Below the pieces are notes generated by a model. It worked only from the letters and a program-made list of their open reading frames with translations. It had not been told where the DNA came from and searched no databases. Below are positions 18,205 to 28,188 of a stretch of 64,000 nucleotides of DNA, piece by piece. Source of the DNA: Eubacteriales bacterium (lineage in GTDB: Bacteria > Bacillota > Clostridia > Oscillospirales > UBA644); assembly GCA_045535665.1 (NCBI GenBank), contig JAZSMD010000001.1, positions 24,240-88,239 of the forward strand, read 5' to 3'. The position numbers were made by a program, and so were the translations under genes. The first letter of the stretch is position 1. Every line of letters begins with the position of its first letter.

Positions 18205-19959
18205 TTACATTGACTCTACAGGTTCTATAGCCAATACGTCAAAATGTTTGAGAAGCATTTTTCTTGTGAGTTCGCAAAGAGCTATCCAGGAAGCTTTCTT
18301 TGTTTCATCTGCTTCATTTATAATATGGTTGTCATGATAGAAACCTGAGAAGAGAGAAGCTAATTTATATGCATTGTCACACACATAGTTGGGTGCTTTT
18401 TCGTTGAATGAACGCATGAAAGCTTCACCGCTGAGGACAATGTTGAGGATAAGTTCTCTTTCTGTATCTGAATAAATACCGGAAATTTCTGTAGCTTTTG
18501 AACCTTCTGTCTTTTTGAGAACGGAGTTGATTCTTGTAACTGTGTAAAGGAGATATGTACCTGTTTTACCTTCAAATGAGAGGAATTTATCCATATCAAA
18601 GATGTAGTCTTTTGTTCTGTGGTTGATAAGGTCTCCGAATTTAACCGCTGCAATACCAACTTTTTCTGCTGTTGCTTTGCGTTCAGCTTCTGAAACAAAT
18701 TCTGATTCTTTCATTTTTGATTCAGCCGCTTCTGTAACGGTTGTGAGAAGGTCGGAAAGTCTCATAACTCCGCCGTCTCTTGTCTTATAGGGCTTGCCGT
18801 CGCTTCCGTTCATTGTTCCGAATCCGAGATGTTCAAGCTCTGTCGTTTCGGGCACTATGCCGCCTTTTTTCGCACAACGGAAGACCTGTGTGAAGTGGAG
18901 GGACTGACGTTTATCAACAACGTACCAGATTTTTGAGGGATGGAAATCCTTTTCTCTCTGAATGATCGTTGCCAAGTCTGTTGTTGCGTAAATATTGGAA
19001 TTGTCAGATTTTTTAATGATGACGGGGGGGATTTCGATTTTATCTCCCTCTTCTGCAACGTCTACTACCTGAGCTCCTTCGCTTTCTCTGAGGAGACCCT
19101 TATCTTTGAGACCCTGAACCAATTCGTCAACATACTGTTCAGCATCGCTTTCGCCGTACCAAAGGTCAAAATCTACATTGAGTCTGCCGTAGTTTAATTT
19201 GAGGTCTGCAACGGAAACTCTCATGATCTCTTTCCAAACGGCAATGTATCCGGGTTTGCCCTTCTGGAGTTCGGCTGTTATCTTATGAGCTTTTTCTGCA
19301 AACTCTTCGTTTTCTTTGCTTTTTTTACTTGCAAAGGGGTAAATTTCATTAAGGTCGTCAACATTGAGCTCCGGAACAGTTTCTGTTTCGGGATCAAAAT
19401 CCTCTTTGAAGCAGCACCATTCTGGATGTCTTTCGTTGAGTTCTGCGATTACAAGACCTATCTGAAGTCCCCAGTCTCCCATATGAACGTCTCCTACAAC
19501 GTTATAGCCGAGAGTTCTTGCAATTCTTTTAAGGGATTCACCGATGATTGCGGCTCTGAGATGTCCGATGTGAAGAGGCTTTGCCACGTTTGCACCGCCA
19601 TAGTCAACAACCATCATTTCTCCGATTCCTGGTCTGGGAATTCCCAAATTTTCGTCTGAGAGAACTTCATTTGCTGCTTTTGTTAAAAATTCATCTGTAA
19701 GAGTCATATTTATAAATCCGGGACGAACTGCATCAACTGCTTTGAATTCGCTGTCCTGACGGAGTATTTCCGCAATTTGTTCTGCGATCATGAGAGGTGC
19801 TTTTCTGTAAAGCTTTGCTCCCTCAAATGAACCGTTGCATTGGAATTGGCAAAGGTCAAATCTGTCGGAGACGGAAACCTGACCGAGACGGCGTTCATAG
19901 CCGCATTTTTCAAATGCATCGGAAACTTTGTTTGTAAGATGTTTTATAATTGATTCCAT
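18205..19959 (-). CDS. argS: arginine--tRNA ligase
   Basis: 584 aa, class I HIGH motif (AKPLHIGHLRAAIIG), DALR-type anticodon-binding C-terminus. Confidence 0.9.
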   Translation of the reverse strand: MESIIKHLTNKVSDAFEKCGYERRLGQVSVSDRFDLCQFQCNGSFEGAKLYRKAPLMIAEQIAEILRQDSEFKAVDAVRPGFINMTLTDEFLTKAANEVLSDENLGIPRPGIGEMMVVDYGGANVAKPLHIGHLRAAIIGESLKRIARTLGYNVVGDVHMGDWGLQIGLVIAELNERHPEWCCFKEDFDPETETVPELNVDDLNEIYPFASKKSKENEEFAEKAHKITAELQKGKPGYIAVWKEIMRVSVADLKLNYGRLNVDFDLWYGESDAEQYVDELVQGLKDKGLLRESEGAQVVDVAEEGDKIEIPPVIIKKSDNSNIYATTDLATIIQREKDFHPSKIWYVVDKRQSLHFTQVFRCAKKGGIVPETTELEHLGFGTMNGSDGKPYKTRDGGVMRLSDLLTTVTEAAESKMKESEFVSEAERKATAEKVGIAAVKFGDLINHRTKDYIFDMDKFLSFEGKTGTYLLYTVTRINSVLKKTEGSKATEISGIYSDTERELILNIVLSGEAFMRSFNEKAPNYVCDNAYKLASLFSGFYHDNHIINEADETKKASWIALCELTRKMLLKHFDVLAIEPVESM

Positions 19960-20007
19960 TGAATCTTCATTCCTTTTTTATATTCTGTATATTAAGTAAT
20001 TGTATTC

Positions 20008-20460
20008 TTATTTATTTGTTGAACCGAATCCTCCGGTGCCCCTTTCTGTGGGGGAAAGTTCCTCACATTCTTCTATTGGGAACTGAGTACAGGGAGTAAG
20101 TACCAGTTGAGCAAATCTCTCTCCGGGTTTTATGGTATGCTTTACGGAAGATGTGTTTGTGATAAATACCATAAGCTCTCCTCTGTAGTCGCAATCTATA
20201 ACGCCCACGCTGTTTGCGAGGGTTATACCGTGTTTTGCGCCTAAAGATGAACGTATATAGATGAGTCCCACGTAGCCTTCGGGTATCTCAACGCAAATTC
20301 CTGTATTCAGTTTTTCTATTTCACCGGGGATGAGGGTTATTTCCTCGTCACCGAAATAGGTGAGATCCAATCCTGCCGCACCTTTTGAGGCATAGTAGGG
20401 CATGGGAGGTTTTTCTCCGTTTTTTTCAAGTCTTTTGATTTTTAAAATTGGGGACATCAT
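20008..20460 (-). CDS. dut: dUTP diphosphatase
   Basis: 150 aa: GAAGLDL, IRSSLG, GVIDCDYRGEL, RGTGGFGSTN. Confidence 0.9.
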   Translation of the reverse strand: MMSPILKIKRLEKNGEKPPMPYYASKGAAGLDLTYFGDEEITLIPGEIEKLNTGICVEIPEGYVGLIYIRSSLGAKHGITLANSVGVIDCDYRGELMVFITNTSSVKHTIKPGERFAQLVLTPCTQFPIEECEELSPTERGTGGFGSTNK

Positions 20461-22466
20461 CTGTAATACAGTCCTCTCGTAAAGTTTTTCATTTCTCTTT
20501 CGGAAACACTTATACCTGAATAAGCCTCTATTACTTCTCTTATTTCTGATTCGGATTCATCCGTAAAGAGCATTCTGCCGAAAGCAAGTTTTGGTATTTC
20601 CTTATCCGCGAGCCATAGCTTGTCTGAGTTCCAGATATCATTGGAGCAGTCATATCCGCAGGTGACAAGGAAATTTTTGTTCATTCTGTCTTTTAAATAA
20701 TAAGGTTTGTTTTTATTTTCGCAACCGTGACCGTTGCCTTTTACACAGTTCCTCATTGTCATAAAGGGAAGTCTGCCGTATACGAGGATTCCCGACGTGC
20801 TGTCTGCAAGGTCCTGTATTTTTCTCATTGTCAGTTCAAAAGAAAGAGTTACATTTTTCAGTCCCATATCAAGATACACGTCTTTTGAATGAGCATTTGT
20901 TACATTAAGACCTGTGTCACCGTAGAGAACAGCGTCATATCCGCTTAAAGTGTATATATGACCGATATTTCCGCAAAGAAAATCGGAAACTCCGTAATTC
21001 AATGCGTATTCTATTAGATTTTTAACTTCGCGTCTGTTTTCATCTCTGATTATCATCGGAAGTACGATGCCTGTATTTTTGCCGTAAAACTCGGAAAGTT
21101 CTCTGAACTTCTTTTCTTTTACGGAAGTAAGGGGTAGCCATACTCTTGAAAGCTTTTCATCGCAAACCGCATTTTTTAAAGTAACGTATTGGGCTTCCAA
21201 CAATGTTTTTTCAGCTTTCGGATATATTTTTTTCTCCGGTAGCTTAACGGTAAAAGAGCCTTTTTTGATGTTCTTCATTGAGTCCAGGCTTTCGATGATC
21301 TGACGGCGTACATCGTTTATTTTTGAAGCGGGGATAAAATTATCCTTTGCATCGCAATTCAGGGTTCTTAATTCATAAGGTGTACCGCCCAATCTTGAAA
21401 GATTCTTTCTCAATTGAGTTTCGTCCGTGGGGGCATTTGAAGCTTTTTCTCCAATGATCGTAACTTCTGCGGAATGATTTTCGCTGTCTGTTGCAGAAAA
21501 TACTATATTTCGCTCATCGTCTGCTTTGACGGAAAAATCAATAAAATAACGCTTGTATTCTTTTTTTGTTTTAACGTAAGGTGGGATGCTTTCGTTTTCC
21601 TTGCGTACGCCAAACATTTTTCTGCCTGTTTCATTTAAAAAATAACCGTCGGTAAAACCGTCTCTGCTGAATATCTTTGCCAATTCGTCTTTTTTGCTTT
21701 CTGAATAGGGTTCTCCTCGTTTAGCATCTGCGTATGCGGCTGTTACCGCTCCAACGTAGGATTCACCCTTCATTCTGCCTTCGATCTTCAATGAGGCAAT
21801 TCCCATTTTTTCAAAGTCTCTGACATATTCAAGCAAACAGTTATCTTTCAGGCTTAAAGTATATCCCTTTTCATAAGGGAGTCTGCAAGGCTGTGCACAG
21901 GCTCCCCTGTTTCCGCTTCTTCCGCCGATGACCGCACTCATGCGGCATTGACCGCTGAAGCATACACATAATGCTCCGTGTACAAATATTTCAAGCTCTA
22001 TAGGAGAATTTTTTGCAATATATTCTATATCTTTTTTAGAAAGCTCTCTTGCTAAAACAGCTCTTGTGAAACCCAATTCCGAAGCTTTCATTACACCGTC
22101 CAAATTAGCTATTGACATTTGAGTGCTTGCGTGGAGAGGTACTGAGCCTAAAGTACATTTTTTCAGAGCTTCCGCTAAACCGAGGTCCTGAACGATAAAG
22201 GCATCCACACCCATATTTGTAAGCTTTTCTCCAAGAGCCAAAGCTTCTTTGAACTCATTGTCATAAATGAGCGTGTTGAGGACGGCATAGACTTTAACAC
22301 CATTCTTTTTACAGAGTTCTATGCCGTTCTTAAATTCTTCATCGGTAAAATTTTGTGCGTTTACACGCGCATTAAATTGGGGCGCACCCATATATACCGC
22401 ATCCGCACCGTTTTCCACGGCGGCTTTCAATGCGGAATAAGAGCCTGCCGGAGCAAGGATTTCCAT
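20457..22466 (-). CDS. U32 family peptidase-like protein (long fused form)
   Basis: 669 aa. U32 signature EIFVHGALCVCFSGQCRMS. Overlaps dut by 4 nt. Confidence 0.85.
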   Translation of the reverse strand: MEILAPAGSYSALKAAVENGADAVYMGAPQFNARVNAQNFTDEEFKNGIELCKKNGVKVYAVLNTLIYDNEFKEALALGEKLTNMGVDAFIVQDLGLAEALKKCTLGSVPLHASTQMSIANLDGVMKASELGFTRAVLARELSKKDIEYIAKNSPIELEIFVHGALCVCFSGQCRMSAVIGGRSGNRGACAQPCRLPYEKGYTLSLKDNCLLEYVRDFEKMGIASLKIEGRMKGESYVGAVTAAYADAKRGEPYSESKKDELAKIFSRDGFTDGYFLNETGRKMFGVRKENESIPPYVKTKKEYKRYFIDFSVKADDERNIVFSATDSENHSAEVTIIGEKASNAPTDETQLRKNLSRLGGTPYELRTLNCDAKDNFIPASKINDVRRQIIESLDSMKNIKKGSFTVKLPEKKIYPKAEKTLLEAQYVTLKNAVCDEKLSRVWLPLTSVKEKKFRELSEFYGKNTGIVLPMIIRDENRREVKNLIEYALNYGVSDFLCGNIGHIYTLSGYDAVLYGDTGLNVTNAHSKDVYLDMGLKNVTLSFELTMRKIQDLADSTSGILVYGRLPFMTMRNCVKGNGHGCENKNKPYYLKDRMNKNFLVTCGYDCSNDIWNSDKLWLADKEIPKLAFGRMLFTDESESEIREVIEAYSGISVSEREMKNFTRGLYYR

Positions 22467-22473
22467 ATTTTAA

Positions 22474-22824
22474 TTATTTTTTGTTGGAGAGCTCAATTTT
22501 GAGGGCAAGAAGCTCGTCCTTCAATCTTTCTGCCATACGGCGTGCTTCGTCTCTTTCAGCAATAGCTTTTGTTGTGTCGTCAAGGTAATCTTTCAACTGA
22601 GATCTCATATTTTCTGTTCCTGTTTCAAGCTTGAGAAGCTCATCTGCAAGATCCATTGCAACGAGGAGTGATGCGTTTGTAAGGGAGATGCTGGGGTTTA
22701 CGGAAGTGATCTCTTTGATTCTTCTGTCAACTTCATTTGCAATCTTATTTGTGTATTCTGCTGTTTCGGAAGAGTAAAGGGAAAGGTCGAATCCTCCGAT
22801 TCTTACTGTGTATACGTTCTCCAT
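22474..22824 (-). CDS. zapA: cell division protein ZapA
   Basis: 116 aa. N-terminal YTVRIGGFDLSLYSSE and a C-terminal coiled coil, typical of ZapA. Confidence 0.8.
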   Translation of the reverse strand: MENVYTVRIGGFDLSLYSSETAEYTNKIANEVDRRIKEITSVNPSISLTNASLLVAMDLADELLKLETGTENMRSQLKDYLDDTTKAIAERDEARRMAERLKDELLALKIELSNKK

Positions 22825-22973
22825 AATGTTACTCCTTTATGTATTTATTTTAATGTGTGGAAGACGACTTTACAATCATACTATATGATAACACAAAATC
22901 TCGGAAAATGCAATATAATTTGAAGATTAAAACGATTTTTTCAGCTATTTTTCAAAATTATGACCGAAAACTA

Positions 22974-23002
22974 TTGACTTTACGTCCGATTATTGGTATA
23001 AT
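22974..23002 (+). promoter_or_regulatory. sigma-A promoter for the GNAT gene
   Basis: TTGACT-17 nt-TATAAT, 45 nt upstream of the ATG at 23047. Confidence 0.6.
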
Positions 23003-23046
23003 TTATTCAACAAGCGAGTTAAAATGATAAAAGAAAGGGTTTTTTT

Positions 23047-24204
23047 ATGAAAGTTGAGTATTTGAGAGCTGCAGCGGCGGATTATGAAGAGGTTGTGGCT
23101 AAGGCGGATAAAGCTTTTGGACATGCTCCCGAAAATAACTTTTTCAGAACTATACAGCCTAAACTGTACAGGACTGATGACACCATGAATGAACATTATC
23201 TTGTAAAGGAAGACGGTGATATTGCAGGGCTTCTTTGCGCTTATATTGCAGATATGGATGTCATGGGCAAAACTTTGAGATCCAGCGGAATAGGTACTGT
23301 TTGTGTTCTATCAGAATACAGGGGTAAGGGATACATGAAAGGTCTTATGCAGTATACATATGATCATATGAAAGAAGATAATGTGGATTTTGCAATTCTC
23401 GGAGGCCGAAGACAGAGATATGAATATTTCGGCTATACACTTGCGGGAACAAATTTATGCGCTTATTTCAGAAAACAGAATGCGGAATACATTTATGGAA
23501 AAGGTGCTTATTTCGGGTATGAATTTGCGGATGTTTCCCGTGATGATACCGAGACTTTGGATAGAATGTATGAGCTTTATATGAAAAAGCCCGTTAAGGT
23601 TCTTCGTAAAAAACATAAGTTTTATGATACCCTTTGCGGTGGGGGAGTTCGTCCTGTAGTTATTACAAGAAACGGTGAATTCTTTGGTTATTCATATCTG
23701 AATTCCGATAATTGCGGAACAGGTGAAATAGAGCTTTTGGATTTTTCAGAGCTTGGACATGTTTTAAATGATATAATGAAATTCTATGGCACAAGTAGAA
23801 TAGATATCGGTTTTACCGAATGTTTCAATGAAGAGAAACACCGTTTTTTGACTCTCAATGCGGAAGGCTTCGGTATAAGCAGTATTGATAATGTAATGAT
23901 ATTGAATTTTAAAACTGTACTGGATGCTTTTCTGAATGTGAAAGCTTCCGTGAAAACTCTTGTTGACGGGGAATGTTCTTTTGAAATTGAAGGACATCCC
24001 AAATTTAAGATTACGGTGAAAGATAATAAAGTTTCCGTTGAGGATTTTGACGGTATTGCTGATGTGAAAATGCCATATCTTGTTGCTGTTCAGAAATTCT
24101 TTTCACATGGTGGAGCTTTGTATAATTACGGAGAGAAACTTCCTGCAGCTGCAGAGTCATGGTTTCCTGCACCCTTGTGTTTTTCTGCTCCCGATATGGT
24201 ATAG
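23047..24204 (+). CDS. GNAT family N-acetyltransferase, Eis-like (GNAT plus SCP2-like C-terminal domain)
   Basis: 385 aa. The acetyl-CoA binding region VCVLSEYRGKGYMKGLM and the length and architecture resemble Eis-type enzymes. Confidence 0.65.
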   Translation: MKVEYLRAAAADYEEVVAKADKAFGHAPENNFFRTIQPKLYRTDDTMNEHYLVKEDGDIAGLLCAYIADMDVMGKTLRSSGIGTVCVLSEYRGKGYMKGLMQYTYDHMKEDNVDFAILGGRRQRYEYFGYTLAGTNLCAYFRKQNAEYIYGKGAYFGYEFADVSRDDTETLDRMYELYMKKPVKVLRKKHKFYDTLCGGGVRPVVITRNGEFFGYSYLNSDNCGTGEIELLDFSELGHVLNDIMKFYGTSRIDIGFTECFNEEKHRFLTLNAEGFGISSIDNVMILNFKTVLDAFLNVKASVKTLVDGECSFEIEGHPKFKITVKDNKVSVEDFDGIADVKMPYLVAVQKFFSHGGALYNYGEKLPAAAESWFPAPLCFSAPDMV

Positions 24205-24263
24205 TGTATAGGAATTTTTATTTGTACTTGCCTTTTAAGCTCAGAACAAAAGTTAATATTAAA

Positions 24264-24325
24264 GGCTCTATGTCAATAGTGGATTTGAAATATCCCAAAA
24301 TGACATAGAGCCAAAAATTTTTTTG
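24264..24325. terminator. Hairpin between convergent genes
   Basis: GGCTCTATGTCA-25 nt loop-TGACATAGAGCC followed by AAAAATTTTTTT. Usable in both directions. Confidence 0.55.
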
Positions 24326-24388
24326 CCGATTCATAGTATGAATAGGTTTAACTTTGAAGTGATAATAAAGTAAGATCTCTTTTTGAAA

Positions 24389-25705
24389 TTATTTTATCAA
24401 CGCACAAAGATCATACTTCTTGAGTGCCAATCTTGCGGTAATTGCGGAAAGAAGAATTACCAAAAGCGAAGTAACCGCAAAAATACCGAGGAAAACACCG
24501 AAATTATAAGGCATATACAAATAAGCCAAAAACAGTTTTGTTACGGTTAACCCTAAAACCGTTGAACAGCCGAGAATTATTGCCATTTCGGAAATAACAA
24601 AGCCTATAATACCGTTAAATGAGGCTCCGAGGGAAATATGTATTGCATAGTCCTTCAAGTTGTTTTCTATACGGTTGATTACGGAGAAAATTATTGTGAC
24701 CAATGAAGCCACCATTAAAACAGCGGTAATATTAAATGCAAATTGAGTTACAGCTTCTGTTTGCGAATGCATTTTTTCTACATACTGTTTATTATCAAAT
24801 AAATTATAGTATCTTGCAAAGCAACTGTATTCATTCAAGGCTTTTTGTATCTCATCGAGGACTTCTTGTTCATATTCTGTATCAATCAATAATTTAATAT
24901 TAGGGAAAAACTCCCAATTCTGATTTATAGCTACATTCTCAACAGGCTTTTCATAACTTAAGTTTTCTTCATAAGGTACATATATTCTGGGACAAACAAT
25001 AGAATTATCCAAATCGTAAATATTGGTTCCATAAGCATCCATAACAGTGGTATCTTCCGCTAAGATGCCTAAAACCTCTATGGAATCATAAAAAAAGTTG
25101 GAATTCTTTTGATTATCGGATGTTTCAATTTTTATAATATCTCCCGGTTTATATATTCCTTTATATTTATAGCCTAAAAGTACGGGACGGGGTTTCCCTT
25201 CTACATAAATCATATCTTCATCTGTAAAATCTCTGCCCTCAATTATTCTGTAGTCTTCGGCTTTGTGAAAGGTCGGACCGCAATCTAAAGTAAGAATATA
25301 TGGAAGATCCGTACCGCGGTAGTAATAACCCATGTAAAATTTGGAATCGCCTTTGAAATCGAGAATGGGTAAACCGCCGTCTCCAATCACTGTTAAATAT
25401 TTAAGATGTTCAATATTGTCAAGAGCCTTATAAAAATCCGAGGTTTCTTTTTCGGAATCTATACTTACTGCTTCATCCATCCTCAGTAGCATACGCGGAT
25501 GATATTGGCTTGTAAAACGGTATATTTGATAATTTTTCAAATCACTATGCTCTGTAAACTGACTTTGAGCCTCACTTACCGAGTAATAAGAATATGCATA
25601 GCCTTGAAGTAAAAATAACATAGTGAATAAAATCACTGATAAATATGTTATTTTCTTGTTTTTATCTATGTTTTTTATGCCTTCAATTAAGTTTATTTTG
25701 AACAT
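24389..25705 (-). CDS. FtsX/MacB-like ABC permease, with no cognate ATPase nearby
   Basis: 438 aa. N-terminal TM, an extracytoplasmic domain of about 280 aa, then 3 C-terminal TM with the FtsX-like segment (IHISLGASFNGIIGFVISE). Confidence 0.65.
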   Translation of the reverse strand: MFKINLIEGIKNIDKNKKITYLSVILFTMLFLLQGYAYSYYSVSEAQSQFTEHSDLKNYQIYRFTSQYHPRMLLRMDEAVSIDSEKETSDFYKALDNIEHLKYLTVIGDGGLPILDFKGDSKFYMGYYYRGTDLPYILTLDCGPTFHKAEDYRIIEGRDFTDEDMIYVEGKPRPVLLGYKYKGIYKPGDIIKIETSDNQKNSNFFYDSIEVLGILAEDTTVMDAYGTNIYDLDNSIVCPRIYVPYEENLSYEKPVENVAINQNWEFFPNIKLLIDTEYEQEVLDEIQKALNEYSCFARYYNLFDNKQYVEKMHSQTEAVTQFAFNITAVLMVASLVTIIFSVINRIENNLKDYAIHISLGASFNGIIGFVISEMAIILGCSTVLGLTVTKLFLAYLYMPYNFGVFLGIFAVTSLLVILLSAITARLALKKYDLCALIK

Positions 25706-25785
25706 TGCAAATTCTCCTTTGTTTTACTTCGTCATATACTAATACAACGTAAAAACAAAAAACACTCACAGAAATTTAAAAGTTT

Positions 25786-25837
25786 ACAAAAAGTTTTAAA
25801 AGTCATAACTGCCGATATTTTGGCAGTTATGACTTTT
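25786..25837 (-). terminator. intrinsic terminator after upp
   Basis: 16-bp stem AAAAGTCATAACTGCC / GGCAGTTATGACTTTT, followed on the minus strand by TTTAAAACTTTTT. Confidence 0.7.
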
Positions 25838-25885
25838 GAGTTTTTATAATGAGGTAAAAGTCTCTCATATAAAAATATTATTCTT

Positions 25886-26512
25886 TTATTTTGTACCGAA
25901 AATTCTGTCGCCTGCGTCACCGAGACCTGGAACGATATATCCGTGTTCGTTGAGCTTTTCGTCAAGAGCTGCACAGTATACTTCAACATCGGGATGATCT
26001 TCGTTAAGTCTTTCAACACCTTCGGGTGCAGCAATGAGGTGTACGCTCTTTATGTTCTTAACTCCGTAGTTTTTGAGGAATTGAATAGCCGCAGATGCGC
26101 TTCCGCCTGTTGCAAGCATGGGGTCAACGAGAAGAACATCTCTTTCGCTTATGTCTGAAGGCAATTTGCAGTAATATTCAACGGGGTTGAGGGTTTCGGG
26201 ATCTCTGTAAAGACCTATATGACCGATCTTAATTGCAGGAATAAGGTTTACAATACCGTCAACCATGCCCAAGCCTGCTCTCAAAATAGGAATAACTGCC
26301 ATTTTTTTGCCTGCGAGCATTTTTCCTTTTGTCATAGCTACGGGTGTTTCGATATCAACTTCTTTAAGGGGAAGATCTCTTGTTACTTCGTAGCACATGA
26401 GCATTGAAATTTCACTTGCAAGCTCTCTGAATTCTTTTGAGCCTGTTTCTGCATTTCTCATAATGCTTATTTTGTGCTGAATAAGGGGATGATTTGTTAC
26501 GTTAACCTTCAT
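25886..26512 (-). CDS. upp: uracil phosphoribosyltransferase
   Basis: 208 aa. Starts [23 protein letters not shown]-binding [14 protein letters not shown]-terminal [17 protein letters not shown]. Confidence 0.95.
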   Translation of the reverse strand: MKVNVTNHPLIQHKISIMRNAETGSKEFRELASEISMLMCYEVTRDLPLKEVDIETPVAMTKGKMLAGKKMAVIPILRAGLGMVDGIVNLIPAIKIGHIGLYRDPETLNPVEYYCKLPSDISERDVLLVDPMLATGGSASAAIQFLKNYGVKNIKSVHLIAAPEGVERLNEDHPDVEVYCAALDEKLNEHGYIVPGLGDAGDRIFGTK

Positions 26513-26545
26513 TTTTATTTCCTCATTTCTGTGTAAGTTTTTATT

Positions 26546-26980
26546 TTAAGAAAACATATTTATTCTGCGTTCGTGTTTGTCGCCCATGAAATCTGTGGAA
26601 AGGAATACTTTCATTGTCTCAAAAGCCAATTCTTCGCCGATCGTTCTTGCTCCCATGCAAAGAACATTTGCATTATTGTGCTGACGTGTAAGTCTTGCGG
26701 TAAATTCATTGTGGCAAAGTGCCGCTCTGATATGCTTGTGTCTGTTTGCTGCCATGCTCATTCCGATACCTGTACCGCAAATAAGGATACCCTGCATTTC
26801 GGGGTCTTCTTTGATTGCAAGACAAAGCTTGTTTGCAAATTCGGGATAGTCACAGCTTGCAGTTGAATCTGTGCCGCAGTCGGTAACTATGTAACCGTTT
26901 TCGTTAAGATATTTTTTGATTTTTTCTTTCAGCTCAAAACCTGCGTGGTCTGAAGCCAAGACAATTTTTTTACTGCTCAT
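26546..26980 (-). CDS. rpiB: ribose-5-phosphate isomerase B
   Basis: 144 aa, RpiB/LacAB pattern: ASDHAGFELKE, GILICGTGIGMSMAANR. Confidence 0.9.
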   Translation of the reverse strand: MSSKKIVLASDHAGFELKEKIKKYLNENGYIVTDCGTDSTASCDYPEFANKLCLAIKEDPEMQGILICGTGIGMSMAANRHKHIRAALCHNEFTARLTRQHNNANVLCMGARTIGEELAFETMKVFLSTDFMGDKHERRINMFS

Positions 26981-27683
26981 TTTTTATGCCTCTTTCTTTT
27001 TCAAGTCTTTCTCTTTCAGCCTGCGGAAGTCTCAGGTATTCGGGGACAAGTTTGTCGTGGGGTGTTTCTTTGAATCCGCAATTTTCAGCGGCTTTGTAAA
27101 TACCCATACCTCTTACAAATCTGTAATTATCAACAGCTGTTTGGGGATAGAATTCTCTTTCATTGCAGAATTGTTTGAATAGATCTGTCCCGTCACCCGT
27201 TATGAAGATTTCTTTTCCGCATATCTCATTAAAAAGCTCTTCACAGCTTATTTGTCTGTCTTCCGTGATTCTCTGAGCATTGCCGTTTTCTATTTTAAAT
27301 ATTGCATTGTAAAGCATACCTCTTCTTGCGTCCATAACTGCACATACAAGTCCTTCGGACTCTCTGTTATAGGCAAGAGCTTCAAGGGTCGAAATTGCTG
27401 TACATGGGATATTTGATGGAAATGCGAATCCCTTTACTGTTGCTGCTGCAATCTTGACTCCCGTAAATGAGCCGGGACCGATCGTTACAGATATGTTTTC
27501 GATATTCGAAACTGTAAGCTTGCTTTCTTCAAGAACCTGTTTTATTGATGGGAGTAAAGTTTTGCTGTGATTCAACCCATTATTTATGAGTATATCCGCA
27601 AGAACTTCTCCGTCCTTTATTACGGCACAAGCGCAGGTTATTGATGATGTGTCTATGCAAAGTGTAGTCATCTTTAAGACCAT
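26970..27683 (-). CDS. tsaB: tRNA t6A biosynthesis protein TsaB
   Basis: 237 aa: LCIDTSS..., GPGSFTGVKIAAATVKG. The start may be the internal ATG at 27671. Confidence 0.85.
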   Translation of the reverse strand: MVLKMTTLCIDTSSITCACAVIKDGEVLADILINNGLNHSKTLLPSIKQVLEESKLTVSNIENISVTIGPGSFTGVKIAAATVKGFAFPSNIPCTAISTLEALAYNRESEGLVCAVMDARRGMLYNAIFKIENGNAQRITEDRQISCEELFNEICGKEIFITGDGTDLFKQFCNEREFYPQTAVDNYRFVRGMGIYKAAENCGFKETPHDKLVPEYLRLPQAERERLEKERGIKNEQ

Positions 27684-27734
27684 GCCTTTCTTTACTACAT
27701 AGCGTTTTATGGCTCGGGGACCATAAAAGGCTGA

Positions 27735-27756
27735 GTTTGAAAATTTATTTTCAAAC
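27735..27756. repeat. 22-nt perfect palindrome between tsaE and tsaB
   Basis: GTTTGAAAAT-tt-ATTTTCAAAC. The adjacent hairpin is TTTTATGG-ctcgggga-CCATAAAA (27705-27728). Confidence 0.6.
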
Positions 27757-27766
27757 TTGTACTTCC

Positions 27767-28174
27767 TTAATCGGGGATTTTTATGATTCTTTCATTTGGT
27801 TCATTTCCGTATTCAAATTTCAAGTGGATACATTTTCTGTCTGTAATATCAGCATTTCCTGCCCATTCCACAAAAACGATATCACCGTCATTGTCGTAAA
27901 AACCAACTGAAAACAGATCGTCTTCATCCATTATCCTGTAGAGGTCATAGTGAAGGATCTTGAATATATCCGTTATATATTCGTTGCAAAGGGTGAACGT
28001 AGGGCTTGTTACTGCATCTTTATATCCGAGAGCATTTGCACAGCCCTGTACAAACACCGTTTTACCTGCACCCATTTCGCCGTCCATGCAGACGGTATCA
28101 CCCTTTTGCAGTTTCAATGCGAATTTTTTACCTAATTCGGCTGTTTCTTCGGGAGAGTAAGTTTTATATTCCAT
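27767..28174 (-). CDS. tsaE: tRNA t6A biosynthesis ATPase TsaE
   Basis: 135 aa. P-loop GEMGAGKTVF, SPTFTL motif. Confidence 0.9.
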   Translation of the reverse strand: MEYKTYSPEETAELGKKFALKLQKGDTVCMDGEMGAGKTVFVQGCANALGYKDAVTSPTFTLCNEYITDIFKILHYDLYRIMDEDDLFSVGFYDNDGDIVFVEWAGNADITDRKCIHLKFEYGNEPNERIIKIPD

Positions 28175-28188
28175 TTATTGTTTCCTTT

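Noticed and set aside
19024-19030. G7 homopolymer inside argS considered as a phase-variation tract.
   Set aside because: It encodes Pro-Pro in an essential housekeeping gene, and the frame is intact. There is no reason to expect slipped-strand regulation.
25732-26034. 100-aa minus-strand ORF spanning the upp 3' end and terminator. Also the 68-aa ORF at 22990-23196.
   Set aside because: These overlap confident genes or promoter and terminator elements. They show no RBS and no recognisable motifs.
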